A program made the translations under genes and the position numbers. A stretch of DNA of 64,000 nt from Patescibacteria group bacterium (GTDB lineage Bacteria > Patescibacteriota > Minisyncoccia > Phycocordibacterales > UBA9973): assembly GCA_040390725.1 (NCBI GenBank), contig JAZJXT010000004.1, positions 30,026 through 94,025 of the forward strand. Direction: 5' to 3'. This document shows positions 1 to 10,129 of this stretch, piece after piece. The notes below the pieces were generated by a model that was not told where the DNA came from, did no database searches, and was given only the letters and a program-made list of their open reading frames with translations. Each line of letters starts with the position of its first letter. The first letter of the stretch is position 1.

Positions 1-1614
1 ATAGGTGCAGGAAATACGGGTTTTAGTATTGCTCTGCCTTTTATTATTTTAATCATTCTAATAATTCTTGTTCGCGAAAGTTTAACTGTTGTCAGAAAAT
101 ATTTTATAGAAAATATAGCGACTCAGACAGAAAAGAAGCAAACTGTAAATGTCATTGAACATTTATTAAAGACAGATATTACGAATATCACAGGTCAGCA
201 AATAGGTTCTCTACATGGTAGGATTTTTCGTTCAATTCAGGGGTTAGTGCGTATAATAAAACTTGGCTTTTTAGATTTTTTCCCTGCATTCTTTAGCGCT
301 TTGGCTGCTATTGTGATAGCTTTATTTCAAAAACCATTTCTCGCTAGCATAATGATATTAGTTATTCCTACTGGGCTTTTTATTATTATCAAACAAGTTT
401 CTTCACAAAAGGGCATACGAGTGGCATTACTCCGCGGAAAGGAAAAAATCGACGGTACTGTGGTGGAAATGTTGGGCGGAATAGAAACAGTCAGAGTGCT
501 AAACACAGAGCAACAAGAAGTCGAAAGAATAGAAAATATTGCCGAAGAATTAAGAAAAAAAGAAATCAAGCATCATATTTCAATGTCGTTTTTCGATGCG
601 GGTAAATATTTAAATGAAGGATTTTTTTATATTCTTGTAATTTCTATTTCGATATTTTTATCAGCGGAGGGTGTCATCACTCGTGGAGATATTTTAGTTT
701 ATTCAATTTTGTTTTTGAGCATAACAGGACCATTGCGGGAAATTCATAGAATTCTCGATGAGGCGCATGAGAGTTCAATAAAAGTAAATGATTTATATGA
801 TTTACTTAATCAGCCAAAGGATATTTCCTTTTTAAGTTCTATTAGTACTGAAGGCGTAAATACAGAAAGTAATGAGGCAATTAAGGTAGATAATTTATCT
901 TTTTCGTATAGCGATAGAGATAGCAAGGTTTTAGATAATATAAATTTTGTAATAAAAAAGGGTGAAAAAATAGGTATTGCTGGCGCTTCCGGTTGTGGTA
1001 AGTCTACTCTAGTAAAAATAATTTTGCGGTTGGTTCATGATTATTCCGGAAAAGTTTATTTATTTGGCAGGGATTTAAATTTAATTAATAGAGGCGAAAT
1101 CGCAGATAGTATAGCTTATGTTCCACAGAAGACTTATATTTTTTCGGGGACAATAAAAGAAAATATAGTTTATGGATGTTCTCGTGAGAAAATTACTGAT
1201 GAAGAAATAAACAATGCAATAAAGTTGGCAAATTTGGACAATGAAGTTGAAAATTCCTTGGGTGGTTTGCTTGGAAAAGTTACGGAAAATGGAAATAATT
1301 TAAGCGGTGGACAAAAACAAAGGCTTGCAATTGCGAGATTGATATTAAAATCACCGGATATTTTGATTTTTGACGAAGCTACTTCTGCCCTAGATAATAC
1401 AAATGAAATTAAAATTCAGAAGAATATCGAGCAGTTATTTAAAGATAAAACATTGATTACAGTCGCGCACAGATTGACGACATTAAAGAATACAGACAGG
1501 ATATTTGTATTTGAAAAAGGTAAAATCGCGCAAGAGGGAACATATGAAAATTTATCAACCAGTAAAGGATTGTTTCAGGACTTCTTGAAGCAAAAAGTCG
1601 AAGAAGAAAATTAA
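1..1614 (+). CDS. ABC transporter, fused permease/ATP-binding protein (5'-truncated by window edge)
   Basis: Frame open from base 1 (IGAGNTGFSIALPF...); TM segments, Walker A GASGCGKS, signature LSGGQ, Walker B ILIFDEAT, H-loop VAHRL. Confidence 0.92.
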   Translation: MGAGNTGFSIALPFIILIILIILVRESLTVVRKYFIENIATQTEKKQTVNVIEHLLKTDITNITGQQIGSLHGRIFRSIQGLVRIIKLGFLDFFPAFFSALAAIVIALFQKPFLASIMILVIPTGLFIIIKQVSSQKGIRVALLRGKEKIDGTVVEMLGGIETVRVLNTEQQEVERIENIAEELRKKEIKHHISMSFFDAGKYLNEGFFYILVISISIFLSAEGVITRGDILVYSILFLSITGPLREIHRILDEAHESSIKVNDLYDLLNQPKDISFLSSISTEGVNTESNEAIKVDNLSFSYSDRDSKVLDNINFVIKKGEKIGIAGASGCGKSTLVKIILRLVHDYSGKVYLFGRDLNLINRGEIADSIAYVPQKTYIFSGTIKENIVYGCSREKITDEEINNAIKLANLDNEVENSLGGLLGKVTENGNNLSGGQKQRLAIARLILKSPDILIFDEATSALDNTNEIKIQKNIEQLFKDKTLITVAHRLTTLKNTDRIFVFEKGKIAQEGTYENLSTSKGLFQDFLKQKVEEEN

Positions 1615-1636
1615 TAGAAAATTAAAAAACAAAAAT

Positions 1637-2068
1637 ATGAATGAAGAAATTATTAATTATATAAAAAGTCAGAGGGTTTGCGTGTTGGCAGTCGAGATGC
1701 TCGATGGTTCACCTCATGCCTCGACGGTGCATTTTGTGGAAACAGAAGACCCTATGGTATTTTTATTTGAAACTTATAGGGATTATCGTAAATGCGAACC
1801 GCTTTTCGGTAGAGAAATGAGCAGGGCCTCAATAGTTATTGGCTGTGATGAAGATACTATGAAAACATTGCAACTCGACGGGGAAGTGAGTTTGGTTAAA
1901 AAAGAAGACAATAAAATTTACGATTTATATTTCACTAAATTTCCAAACAAAAAAGAAAAGTCAGAAAAAATGGGAGATAAATTTGTACTGTTCACTTTTA
2001 AAGCAAAATGGTGGCGATTTACGGATTGGACTAAGCCCGAGGGGAAATTAATTATAACTTCGGAATAG
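1637..2068 (+). CDS. Pyridoxamine 5'-phosphate oxidase-like (FMN split-barrel) protein
   Basis: VLAV..DGSPHAS.VHF, terminal F....WRFTD pattern. Confidence 0.7.
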   Translation: MNEEIINYIKSQRVCVLAVEMLDGSPHASTVHFVETEDPMVFLFETYRDYRKCEPLFGREMSRASIVIGCDEDTMKTLQLDGEVSLVKKEDNKIYDLYFTKFPNKKEKSEKMGDKFVLFTFKAKWWRFTDWTKPEGKLIITSE

Positions 2069-2924
2069 AAAACTTTTTTGACGCATCTATCCATTTTATT
2101 TCTTTGTCTCTTTTAAACCAAGTCATCTGTCGTTTTGAGTATTTGAAAATTTCCGAATTGAGGCGGGCGAGCATTTCTCCTTTGGTAATTTTCTTTTGTA
2201 AATACAGTGCCATATAGCGATATTCAAGGCCTAGTTCTTCCATTCTTTTCCAAGACAAACCTTGTTTATGCAGTTTCTTGGCTTCATTTAACATACCTTT
2301 TTTTATGCGTGCTAGTAGGCGAGTATGTATTTTTTCTGCCAAGATTTCTTTCGGTACATAAAGACCAATTTTAGTAAATTCATAAGGTAAGTTTTGTTTT
2401 TTGATTTTTGGCACTTTGCCCAATGCTTTAGCGATTTCTATTGCTCTTATTAATCTGATTTTATTTTTTGCATCAATAGTTTTTGCGCGGTTTTTGTCTA
2501 GAGTTTTTAAAATTTTAAAAAGTTCTAATTCTGATTTTTCATCTAAACTTTTCCGCAGTTTTTCATTCGGCGGAACTTCTGGCAAGATTATTCCATTCAC
2601 TACTGCATCAATATAAAATCCTGTGCCTCCACAAATTATTGGCACATTTCCACGTGTAATTATTTCTTCTATTTTTTTATTGGCAAGTTCTTTGTAGTCT
2701 GTGACGGTAAATTTATTTTTTGGGTTTGCGACGTCGAGTAAATGATGTGGTACACCCTGCATTTCTTTTTTAGTGATTTTCCCTGAGCCTATGTCGAGGC
2801 CTTTGTAGACTTGGCGAGAATCAGCGGAAATAACTTCGCCGTTAACCTTTCGGGCGATTTGAACAGCTAAATCACTTTTACCTGAAGAAGTCGGTCCTAA
2901 TATTACTATTATTTTAGGTTTCAT
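2052..2924 (-). CDS. miaA: tRNA dimethylallyltransferase
   Basis: GPTSSGKS, SADSRQVY, GGTGFY, YSKRQMTWF. Confidence 0.97.
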   Translation of the reverse strand: MKPKIIVILGPTSSGKSDLAVQIARKVNGEVISADSRQVYKGLDIGSGKITKKEMQGVPHHLLDVANPKNKFTVTDYKELANKKIEEIITRGNVPIICGGTGFYIDAVVNGIILPEVPPNEKLRKSLDEKSELELFKILKTLDKNRAKTIDAKNKIRLIRAIEIAKALGKVPKIKKQNLPYEFTKIGLYVPKEILAEKIHTRLLARIKKGMLNEAKKLHKQGLSWKRMEELGLEYRYMALYLQKKITKGEMLARLNSEIFKYSKRQMTWFKRDKEIKWIDASKKFSIPKL

Positions 2925-4264
2925 TATTTTATAACTTTTATATCAGCACCGATAGAATTTAATCTTTTAACAATTTCTTCATAACCGCGATTGATCATAT
3001 ATACATTTCTTAAAATTGAAGTGCCTTTTGCGCCTAGCATCGCTATCATTATGACCATCGAAGGGCGTAGTGCCGGCGGGCAGACTATTTGTGCAGGCTT
3101 TAGGGCATGACCACCTTCGATGAAGACTCTATGCGGGTCAGCGAGGGTTACTTGCGCATCCATCCTATTTAATTCGGTTAAATATATTGCGCGGTTCTCA
3201 TAACTCCAGTCATGGATAAGAGTTTGACCTTTTGCCTTCATTGCCGGAATTGCGAAAAAGGGAAGGTTGTCCATATTTATTCCTGGATAGGGGTTGGCAT
3301 GAATTTTGTCATCGAGAGCAATAAGTTTTGAAGGATAGATAGTAATGTCCGCGAGGTTTGTATTGCCATTTTTACTTTTATAAATTTTTGAAGTTTCATA
3401 TTTCAAACCCATCTTGCCCATTTTATAAAGTTCGAGCTCCATAAAATTTATCGGTACATTGGTGATTTTTAATTTTGAATCAGTGGCAATAGCGGCAGAG
3501 ACAAACATCATTGATTCTATCGGGTCTTCGCTATTGTAGTATTCAATAGTTTTATTTATTTCTTTTACTCCATGAACTGTCAAAGTGGAAGATCCTATGC
3601 CTTCGATTTTTACCCCGCATTTTTCCAAAAAGAAGCATAGCTCTTGCACCATATAATTTGAACTGGAGAATTTAATAACAGTTTTACCCGGGATTTTAGC
3701 GCAAGCTGTCAGTACATTTTCTACCGCAGTATCACCGGCTTCATACATTATTATCTCAGCCGGTTTTAATTTCTTTGCATTTATTTGATAATCTTCTTGA
3801 GTAACTTTTATATTGATACCGAGTTCTTCCAATGCATAGCTGTGCGCAGCGATAGTGCGTTTACCGAGGTGGCAACCGCTAGCGTGGGGAATGTTGAAAG
3901 AGGGAATTAAATGCGCCAAAGGACCTATAATCATCAAAATCGAGCGAGTTTTTATGGCTGATTCTTTGTTTAAATTTTTTAAATTAATTTCTTTTGATTT
4001 TTTTGGTGGAATTATTTCTAAAGAATTTTGTCCCGTCCAAGATATTTTTACCCCGATGCTTTCAAGGATTTCTATAACCCTAAAAACTTCTTCAATGCGC
4101 GCAATGTTGTGCAAAATTGTTTTTCCATTATTTAATAATGAAGCGCAAAGTAAACCCACCGAGCCATTTTTAGAATACCCAGTGCGTATTGTTCCTGATA
4201 ATTTCTTCCCGCCTTTTATTTCAAAATCAACAGAAGTATTTTTTTTGATTATTTTATTTTTCAT
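2924..4264 (-). CDS. murA: UDP-N-acetylglucosamine 1-carboxyvinyltransferase
   Basis: SKN, GCHLGKR (catalytic Cys loop), DPIE, PYPG, YENR, INRGYE; start set to ATG at 4264 because the longer ORF runs through tRNA-Leu. Confidence 0.88.
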   Translation of the reverse strand: MKNKIIKKNTSVDFEIKGGKKLSGTIRTGYSKNGSVGLLCASLLNNGKTILHNIARIEEVFRVIEILESIGVKISWTGQNSLEIIPPKKSKEINLKNLNKESAIKTRSILMIIGPLAHLIPSFNIPHASGCHLGKRTIAAHSYALEELGINIKVTQEDYQINAKKLKPAEIIMYEAGDTAVENVLTACAKIPGKTVIKFSSSNYMVQELCFFLEKCGVKIEGIGSSTLTVHGVKEINKTIEYYNSEDPIESMMFVSAAIATDSKLKITNVPINFMELELYKMGKMGLKYETSKIYKSKNGNTNLADITIYPSKLIALDDKIHANPYPGINMDNLPFFAIPAMKAKGQTLIHDWSYENRAIYLTELNRMDAQVTLADPHRVFIEGGHALKPAQIVCPPALRPSMVIMIAMLGAKGTSILRNVYMINRGYEEIVKRLNSIGADIKVIK

Positions 4265-4267
4265 TTG

Positions 4268-4348
4268 TGCCTGGGAGAGGACTCGAACCTCCACCCCTTG
4301 CGAGAGACGATTTTGAGTCGTCCGCGTATACCATTCCGCCACCCAGGC
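4268..4348 (-). tRNA. tRNA-Leu (CAA)
   Basis: GCCTGGG acceptor stem, D-arm TGGCGGAATGGTATACGC, anticodon arm GACGA-CTCAAAA-TCGTC, long variable arm, T-loop GTTCGAGTC; CCA not encoded. Confidence 0.95.
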
Positions 4349-4433
4349 ATTTGCCTATAATATCTTAAATTTTAATAAAAATCAACAGGTTATTAACGTT
4401 TTGATAATTTTTTTTATGTGCTAAAATGTCCCT

Positions 4434-5456
4434 ATGTCTAATTTATATTCCAATTCAATATTCTGGATCGACACGGATAAAATCAAACCGAATCCTTATC
4501 AGCCACGCCGGGAATTTGATGAAGCTCGTCTTCGTGATTTAGCTGACTCTATTCGCCAATATGGCATCTTGCAACCGCTCACAGTTTCTCGTTTAGAGGT
4601 GGAAAAAGCAGAAGGCGGATTACTGACCGAATATGAGCTCATTGCTGGTGAGCGACGTCTTCGCGCAGCGATGCTTGCGGGAGTTTCTCAAGTGCCGGCT
4701 ATCATCCGCGTCGGGGACTCTAATATGATGAAGCTCGAGCTTGCGATATTGGAGAACTTGCAAAGAGAAGATTTGAATGCCGTTGACCGCGCTAGAGCAT
4801 TTTTCAAATTGGCAAGTGAATTTAAATTTACTCACAATGAAATAGCAAAAAAAATGGGCCGAAGCAGGGAATACGTTTCTAATTCTTTGCGCATACTTGC
4901 ATTGCCGGAAGAAATTTTAAATGCATTGTCGGAGGGAAAAATAACCGAAGGACACACTAGGCCGATACTGATGCTTACAGATCATCCAGCAGAACAACTC
5001 GTTTTATTTAAAGAAATTTTATACAAGAAAATAACTGTGCGTGAGGCAGAAAGACTCGCAAGAAAAATCGCTTTTGACAGAGTAAGGAAGAAAGAATTTA
5101 TGCCGGATCCAGAAATAGTGGAACTCGAAGAAGAATTGCAAGATAAATTTGGTACTCGAGTGCACATAGACAGAAAAGAATTGGGCGGACAAATTAAAAT
5201 TGACTTTTTCTCAAATGAAGATTTGCGCGCTATTTTAGATATGATAGGAAAGGCAACAGTAGAAAAAAAACCTACAGATATGATGGATAATCACATCGCT
5301 AAAAATGCAGAGTCAATAAATAATGTTTCAGAAAATAAAATAGAATCAGTAGATCCTATGACTGTGGATGAAAATCAAAATCCTATAGATGACAGTACTG
5401 CTGAGGACGCAAAAGATGATGAGAATCTTTACAATATTTCTAATTTTAGCGTTTAA
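4434..5456 (+). CDS. parB: ParB/Spo0J partition protein
   Basis: PNPYQPRR, GILQP, AGERRLRA, ENLQREDL, HTH; acidic C-terminal tail. Confidence 0.93.
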   Translation: MSNLYSNSIFWIDTDKIKPNPYQPRREFDEARLRDLADSIRQYGILQPLTVSRLEVEKAEGGLLTEYELIAGERRLRAAMLAGVSQVPAIIRVGDSNMMKLELAILENLQREDLNAVDRARAFFKLASEFKFTHNEIAKKMGRSREYVSNSLRILALPEEILNALSEGKITEGHTRPILMLTDHPAEQLVLFKEILYKKITVREAERLARKIAFDRVRKKEFMPDPEIVELEEELQDKFGTRVHIDRKELGGQIKIDFFSNEDLRAILDMIGKATVEKKPTDMMDNHIAKNAESINNVSENKIESVDPMTVDENQNPIDDSTAEDAKDDENLYNISNFSV

Positions 5457-5471
5457 ACTTAAGAACAAAAT

Positions 5472-6932
5472 TTAAGAATTACCCATTGATTTTAGTCGGC
5501 TCAATAAGCTGTGTTTTTCTTCGTAAGATTTTATATTTTTTTTGGCCATTGTTGTTTTGGCAAATTCGAGCCACTTGCTCGATGGGTGAGCGTCTTTTCT
5601 CGTAACTATTTCTACAATGTCACCATTTTTTAAACTTGCGCTAATGGTAGCCATTTTGCCATTTATTTTAGCGCTAGAAGTATGATCACCAATATCAGAA
5701 TGTATGGCATAAGCAAAATCAACAGGCGTGGAATCTTCGGGCAAATCCACTACATCACCCTTTGGGGTAAAAATAAAAATACGATCATTAAAAAAGTCCA
5801 TTTTTAAATGTTCAATAAAACTTTGCGGTTCATTTGCCACATCTTTCAAATCTTTCAGTTCTTCCAGCCATTCTATCTTTGATTTATTTTTCATTTTTCC
5901 GCGTTCCTTGTAAGCGAAATGTGCTGCGACTCCATACGAAGCTTCTGTGTGCATCTCTTTTGTTTTAATTTGTATTTCAGCTATGCCACCAGAACCTGTA
6001 AATACGGTAGTGTGTATAGAGCGATAACCATTTGGTTTTGGCACAGCTATGTAGTCTTTGATTCTACCCGGTAATGGTTTCCATATTGAATGTATTAATC
6101 CTAAAATTTTATAACATTCGTCCATGGTGTTTACAATGACTCGGAGCGCCACTACGTCATATATTTTATCTATATCCATATCGTAACGTAAAAGTTTTTT
6201 ATACAAACTATATTTATGTTTCATTCTGTAGTCTATTTTTTCTACATTTATTTTATTTCTTTTCAATTCTTTTTCGAGTCCTTCACGCACTTCATTTAAA
6301 TATTTTTGAAATAAATCTTTTTTTTCTTTTATAATTTCTTCCGTTTGAGCATACTCTGCAGGGTACGCAAAAGGGAAGGCCGCATCCTCAATTTCGCCTT
6401 TTAATTTCCCCATACCGAGGCGGTTCGCCAGTGGCGCATACACTTCGATGGATTCAATCGCTATTCTTTGTCTTTTATCTTCGCGTACATGTTCTAGGGT
6501 TTTCAGATTGTGCAATCTGTCCGCAAATTTTATCATCACCACACGTATGTCATTTGCAACTGCGACGAAAAATTTGCGTAAGCTTTCTACGTGCCTCTCA
6601 CTGCCGTGATATTTTAGCTTGCCGAGCTTTGTCACACCATTTACCAAAACAACAATTTCTTTTCCAAATTCTTTCTCTAATTCTTTTTCTGGAGTTTTTG
6701 TGTCTTCTAAAACATCGTGCAAGAATCCTGCGGCGACTGTCTTTGCATCCATTCCAAATTTTGATAAATTTTTCGCTGTTTCAAAAACGTGCGTGAAATA
6801 TGGCTCTCCACTATTGCGCAACTGTCCCTCGTGCGCTTTCAAAGCGAAACCATAAGCTTTTTCAATAAGCTCTTTGTCCTTAGGTTTAAACTCTTTCATT
6901 AAATTAAATATTTCGTTTATATCTATTACCAT
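5472..6932 (-). CDS. RelA/SpoT (p)ppGpp synthetase/hydrolase with TGS domain; no ACT domain evident
   Basis: SGEPYFTH, LHDVLEDT (HD), ADRLHN, KDYIAVPKPNGYRSIHT, TPVDFAYAIHS. Confidence 0.95.
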   Translation of the reverse strand: MVIDINEIFNLMKEFKPKDKELIEKAYGFALKAHEGQLRNSGEPYFTHVFETAKNLSKFGMDAKTVAAGFLHDVLEDTKTPEKELEKEFGKEIVVLVNGVTKLGKLKYHGSERHVESLRKFFVAVANDIRVVMIKFADRLHNLKTLEHVREDKRQRIAIESIEVYAPLANRLGMGKLKGEIEDAAFPFAYPAEYAQTEEIIKEKKDLFQKYLNEVREGLEKELKRNKINVEKIDYRMKHKYSLYKKLLRYDMDIDKIYDVVALRVIVNTMDECYKILGLIHSIWKPLPGRIKDYIAVPKPNGYRSIHTTVFTGSGGIAEIQIKTKEMHTEASYGVAAHFAYKERGKMKNKSKIEWLEELKDLKDVANEPQSFIEHLKMDFFNDRIFIFTPKGDVVDLPEDSTPVDFAYAIHSDIGDHTSSAKINGKMATISASLKNGDIVEIVTRKDAHPSSKWLEFAKTTMAKKNIKSYEEKHSLLSRLKSMGNS

Positions 6933-6949
6933 AAACCTATTATAACAGT

Positions 6950-9172
6950 TTATTGCATTTTGTTTAACTTATGTGGGTTGTGCATTTTACAGAGTTTGTT
7001 TGAGCAACGTTCAGGTATTGTTTTTGTGCCTTCCATCATTAAGGATTGGCAGAGTTCGCAAATGCGCCCTGTTGGCTTTGCTTTTATCGCGTTTTTACAA
7101 TCGGGATAATTCGAGCAGGAATAAAATATACCAAAACGTCCTCGGCGCTCCATCATTTTGCCTTTTTGACAAACAGGGCAGGTGACATCGGTCATTTTTC
7201 TTTTTATTTCTTCTTCATCTTGTTTTATAAATTTGCATTTTGGATAACGTGAGCAGGAAATGAATGTGCCTGTACCATCGCGTCTTTCTCGTATCACTAG
7301 TTTACCTCCGACAGCATTTCCTTTTCTATCTTTTTTATTTCCGCAAGTCGGACATATTTCGCCTGTTTCTTTTGGACCTTGGAGTTCTGTGCCGTCGAGC
7401 ATCAAGGCTCCATCGCATTCCGGATAATTTGCACAAGAATAAAATTTCCCCGCGCGGGCGAGCTTGATTATCATTTTGCCTCCGCACTTTGGACATTTTA
7501 TGTCATCCGGCGCATCGCCCATATTTGTGGCTTTTTCCAATTTATCTTTTTCTTTTACTTCTTTCAAGAATGGCCCATAGAAATCTTTCAAAGTTTTTTC
7601 ATATTCTCTTTCGCCTCTGGAAATATCATCGAGCTTGTCTTCCATTTCGGCTGTGAAAGTGTCCGATATATAAGTAGGGAAATTTTTCTCAAGAAAATCA
7701 GAAACGACTTCACCTGTGTCAGTAGGGAATAATGTCTTGCCTTCTTTGCGTACATAACCGCGGTCTTCAATAGTGCGCATAATAGATGCATAAGTCGAAG
7801 GTCGGCCGATGCCTCGCGCTTCGAGTTCTTTCACAAGTCCGGCCTCACTGTATCTGCCTGGCGGTTGAGTTTCTTTTGCTATGCTTATCAAATCAATCAA
7901 AGAAAGTTTCTCGCCTTTTTTAACTTCTGGTAATTCCACATCTTCTCCGCGAGCATCAGCATCTACTTTGAGCCAGCCGGGGAAAAGAACACGCGAACCG
8001 TTTGCGGAGAATTCAGGAATTTCTTCGTGACCTTCCACAACAGCAGAAATTTTTGTTTTCAATAACTTCGCATCAGTCATCTGTGAAGACACTGCGCGTT
8101 CCCAAATAAGTTTATAAAGTCTTTCTTGTTCTTGAGTGCCGGCGTGCATATTTTCTATGTGTGTAGGGCGGATAGCTTCGTGCGCTTCTTGGGCATTTTT
8201 GCTTTTTGTCTTATATATATGAGCCTCGGCGTATTCTTTGCCGTATTTTTTTTCTACAAGGTCTAAGATTTGTTTTTGCGCGACAGCTGATAAATTTGTC
8301 GAATCTGTACGCATATATGTGATATGTCCGGCTTCGTAAAGTTTCTGCGCGATTTGCATCGTGCGTGAAGGGGAATATCCCAGGCGCGAGCTGGCTGTTT
8401 GTTGGAGTGTTGAGGTCGTAAACGGCGCGCGAGGAGAACGTTTTTGTTCAGTTTCTTTTATACCGGCTACAATCCAATTTCCTTTTTTCCCAATTTCTAA
8501 AATATTTTCAACGAATTTTTCATCACGCGGTTCTTCGTTGCAAGTGAGCGTAATTCTGTCTTTTTTTAATGTATCAAAAAGCCCTTCGAGCACCCAGTAT
8601 TTTTCCGGAATAAATGCGCGGATTTCTCTTTCGCGTTCCATTATTATGCGAAGAGCGGGGGATTGCACGCGTCCTGCGGAAAGCCCATAGCGAACTTTTT
8701 TCCAAATTATTCCCGATAAATCATAACCCACTAATCTGTCCAAAACTCTCCTCGCTTCTTGAGCCTTCCGCAAATCAGTATCTATCGCTCGCGGATGCAG
8801 TAATGCTTCCTCTACGGCTTCTTTTGTAATTTCGTGAAAGGTCACGCGTTTTATAGGAGCTTTTACTTTCTTGTCGGCATTCAAAAGTTCTTCGATGTGC
8901 CAAGCTATCGCTTCACCTTCTCGGTCAGGGTCAGTCGCTAACATTATTTCCTTTGCTTTTTCTGCGAGGCCTTGGAGTTCATGAACGACTTTTTCTTTTC
9001 CTTTTGAGATTTCGTAATGAGGCACAAAACCAGCTTCGATGTCTATCGCTTTTTTATTTGATTTCGGCAAATCACGAACGTGTCCGACACTCGCGCGCAC
9101 AGTAAAAGCGCCGTCGAGATACTTCTCAATCGTCTTTGCTTTTGATGGTGATTCCACAATTAATAATTTCAT
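6950..9172 (-). CDS. topA: DNA topoisomerase I with C-terminal zinc ribbons
   Basis: LLIVESPSK, ATDPDREGE, SAGRVQS, ITYMRTDS, GIGRPSTY. Confidence 0.97.
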   Translation of the reverse strand: MKLLIVESPSKAKTIEKYLDGAFTVRASVGHVRDLPKSNKKAIDIEAGFVPHYEISKGKEKVVHELQGLAEKAKEIMLATDPDREGEAIAWHIEELLNADKKVKAPIKRVTFHEITKEAVEEALLHPRAIDTDLRKAQEARRVLDRLVGYDLSGIIWKKVRYGLSAGRVQSPALRIIMEREREIRAFIPEKYWVLEGLFDTLKKDRITLTCNEEPRDEKFVENILEIGKKGNWIVAGIKETEQKRSPRAPFTTSTLQQTASSRLGYSPSRTMQIAQKLYEAGHITYMRTDSTNLSAVAQKQILDLVEKKYGKEYAEAHIYKTKSKNAQEAHEAIRPTHIENMHAGTQEQERLYKLIWERAVSSQMTDAKLLKTKISAVVEGHEEIPEFSANGSRVLFPGWLKVDADARGEDVELPEVKKGEKLSLIDLISIAKETQPPGRYSEAGLVKELEARGIGRPSTYASIMRTIEDRGYVRKEGKTLFPTDTGEVVSDFLEKNFPTYISDTFTAEMEDKLDDISRGEREYEKTLKDFYGPFLKEVKEKDKLEKATNMGDAPDDIKCPKCGGKMIIKLARAGKFYSCANYPECDGALMLDGTELQGPKETGEICPTCGNKKDRKGNAVGGKLVIRERRDGTGTFISCSRYPKCKFIKQDEEEIKRKMTDVTCPVCQKGKMMERRGRFGIFYSCSNYPDCKNAIKAKPTGRICELCQSLMMEGTKTIPERCSNKLCKMHNPHKLNKMQ

Positions 9173-9230
9173 AACCCACACAGTATTACATGAAGTCTAC
9201 TTTTTTTGCAAATTTATTTTAAAAATTCAT

Positions 9231-10094
9231 TTAGGCATTTAGCCTAATCTCACCCATTTCTTCTTTTATTAATTCTTTTATTTCCATTACGGAAAGAATC
9301 GCATTTGCATTTGAAGTCGGCATTTTCATCGCTCGGATCAATTCATCTCTAGGTATCGGCTCGCGGAGTAAATCAACAACTATTTTTTCTTCTTTTGATA
9401 AATCTTCAAAAAGTTTCATTTGTTTATTCTCATCAGTCGGCAGAGAAAAACCTAATGCTTCCAAAACATCTTCGGCGCAGGTCACAGGCGTCGCTCCTTG
9501 GCGGATTAATTTATTTGTGCCTTTGGAGCTCGGTGAAAATACCGAGCCGGGCACTGCGAGCAAATCTCTGTTGTATTCAGTAGTGAGGCGCGCGGTGATG
9601 AGTGTACCGGATCTTTCTTCGGCTTCGATGACGAGGGTTGCTTTGCAAAGTCCCGCCATCAATCTATTCCTCATAGGGAAGCTCCACTGCGTGGCTTTGA
9701 AATCCGGTTCAAATTCTGAAATCAAACATCCACCGGCATCAATAACTTCGCGCATCATTCGCACATTTGTTTTCGGATACATTGCCTCCGCGGAAAGTCC
9801 CGAGCCGGGGAATACTAAAGTTTTTAAATTCATCTGCATAGCTTTTTTATGTGCGATGGTGTCTATGCCCATAGCAAAACCAGAGACTATCGCTATCGGG
9901 TAGCCTTTTAGCCCTGTGATTATTTTTTCACAAATTTCTTTTCCGTATGAAGTGAATTTCCTCGAACCGACAACGCATAAATAAATAAGTTCCTCGGTAG
10001 GCAAGTCACCAATAATCCAAAGATCTTCCGGCGGTTGCGGAATTTCCAAAAGCTGACTCGGGAATTTGTTTTTTGGTAGTTTTTTAATTTGCAC
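9231..10094 (-). CDS. dprA: DNA-processing protein DprA
   Basis: VVGSR, VSGFAMGID, FPMRNR, SGTLITA; dprA-topA synteny. Confidence 0.95.
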   Translation of the reverse strand: MQIKKLPKNKFPSQLLEIPQPPEDLWIIGDLPTEELIYLCVVGSRKFTSYGKEICEKIITGLKGYPIAIVSGFAMGIDTIAHKKAMQMNLKTLVFPGSGLSAEAMYPKTNVRMMREVIDAGGCLISEFEPDFKATQWSFPMRNRLMAGLCKATLVIEAEERSGTLITARLTTEYNRDLLAVPGSVFSPSSKGTNKLIRQGATPVTCAEDVLEALGFSLPTDENKQMKLFEDLSKEEKIVVDLLREPIPRDELIRAMKMPTSNANAILSVMEIKELIKEEMGEIRLNA

Positions 10095-10129
10095 TTTTCT
10101 ATTTTAGCACTTTAGTATATAATGGGGAA

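Noticed and set aside
4265-4342. N-terminal extension of the murA ORF (MAEWYTRTTQ...)
   Set aside because: It is a translation of tRNA-Leu; real start is ATG 4264
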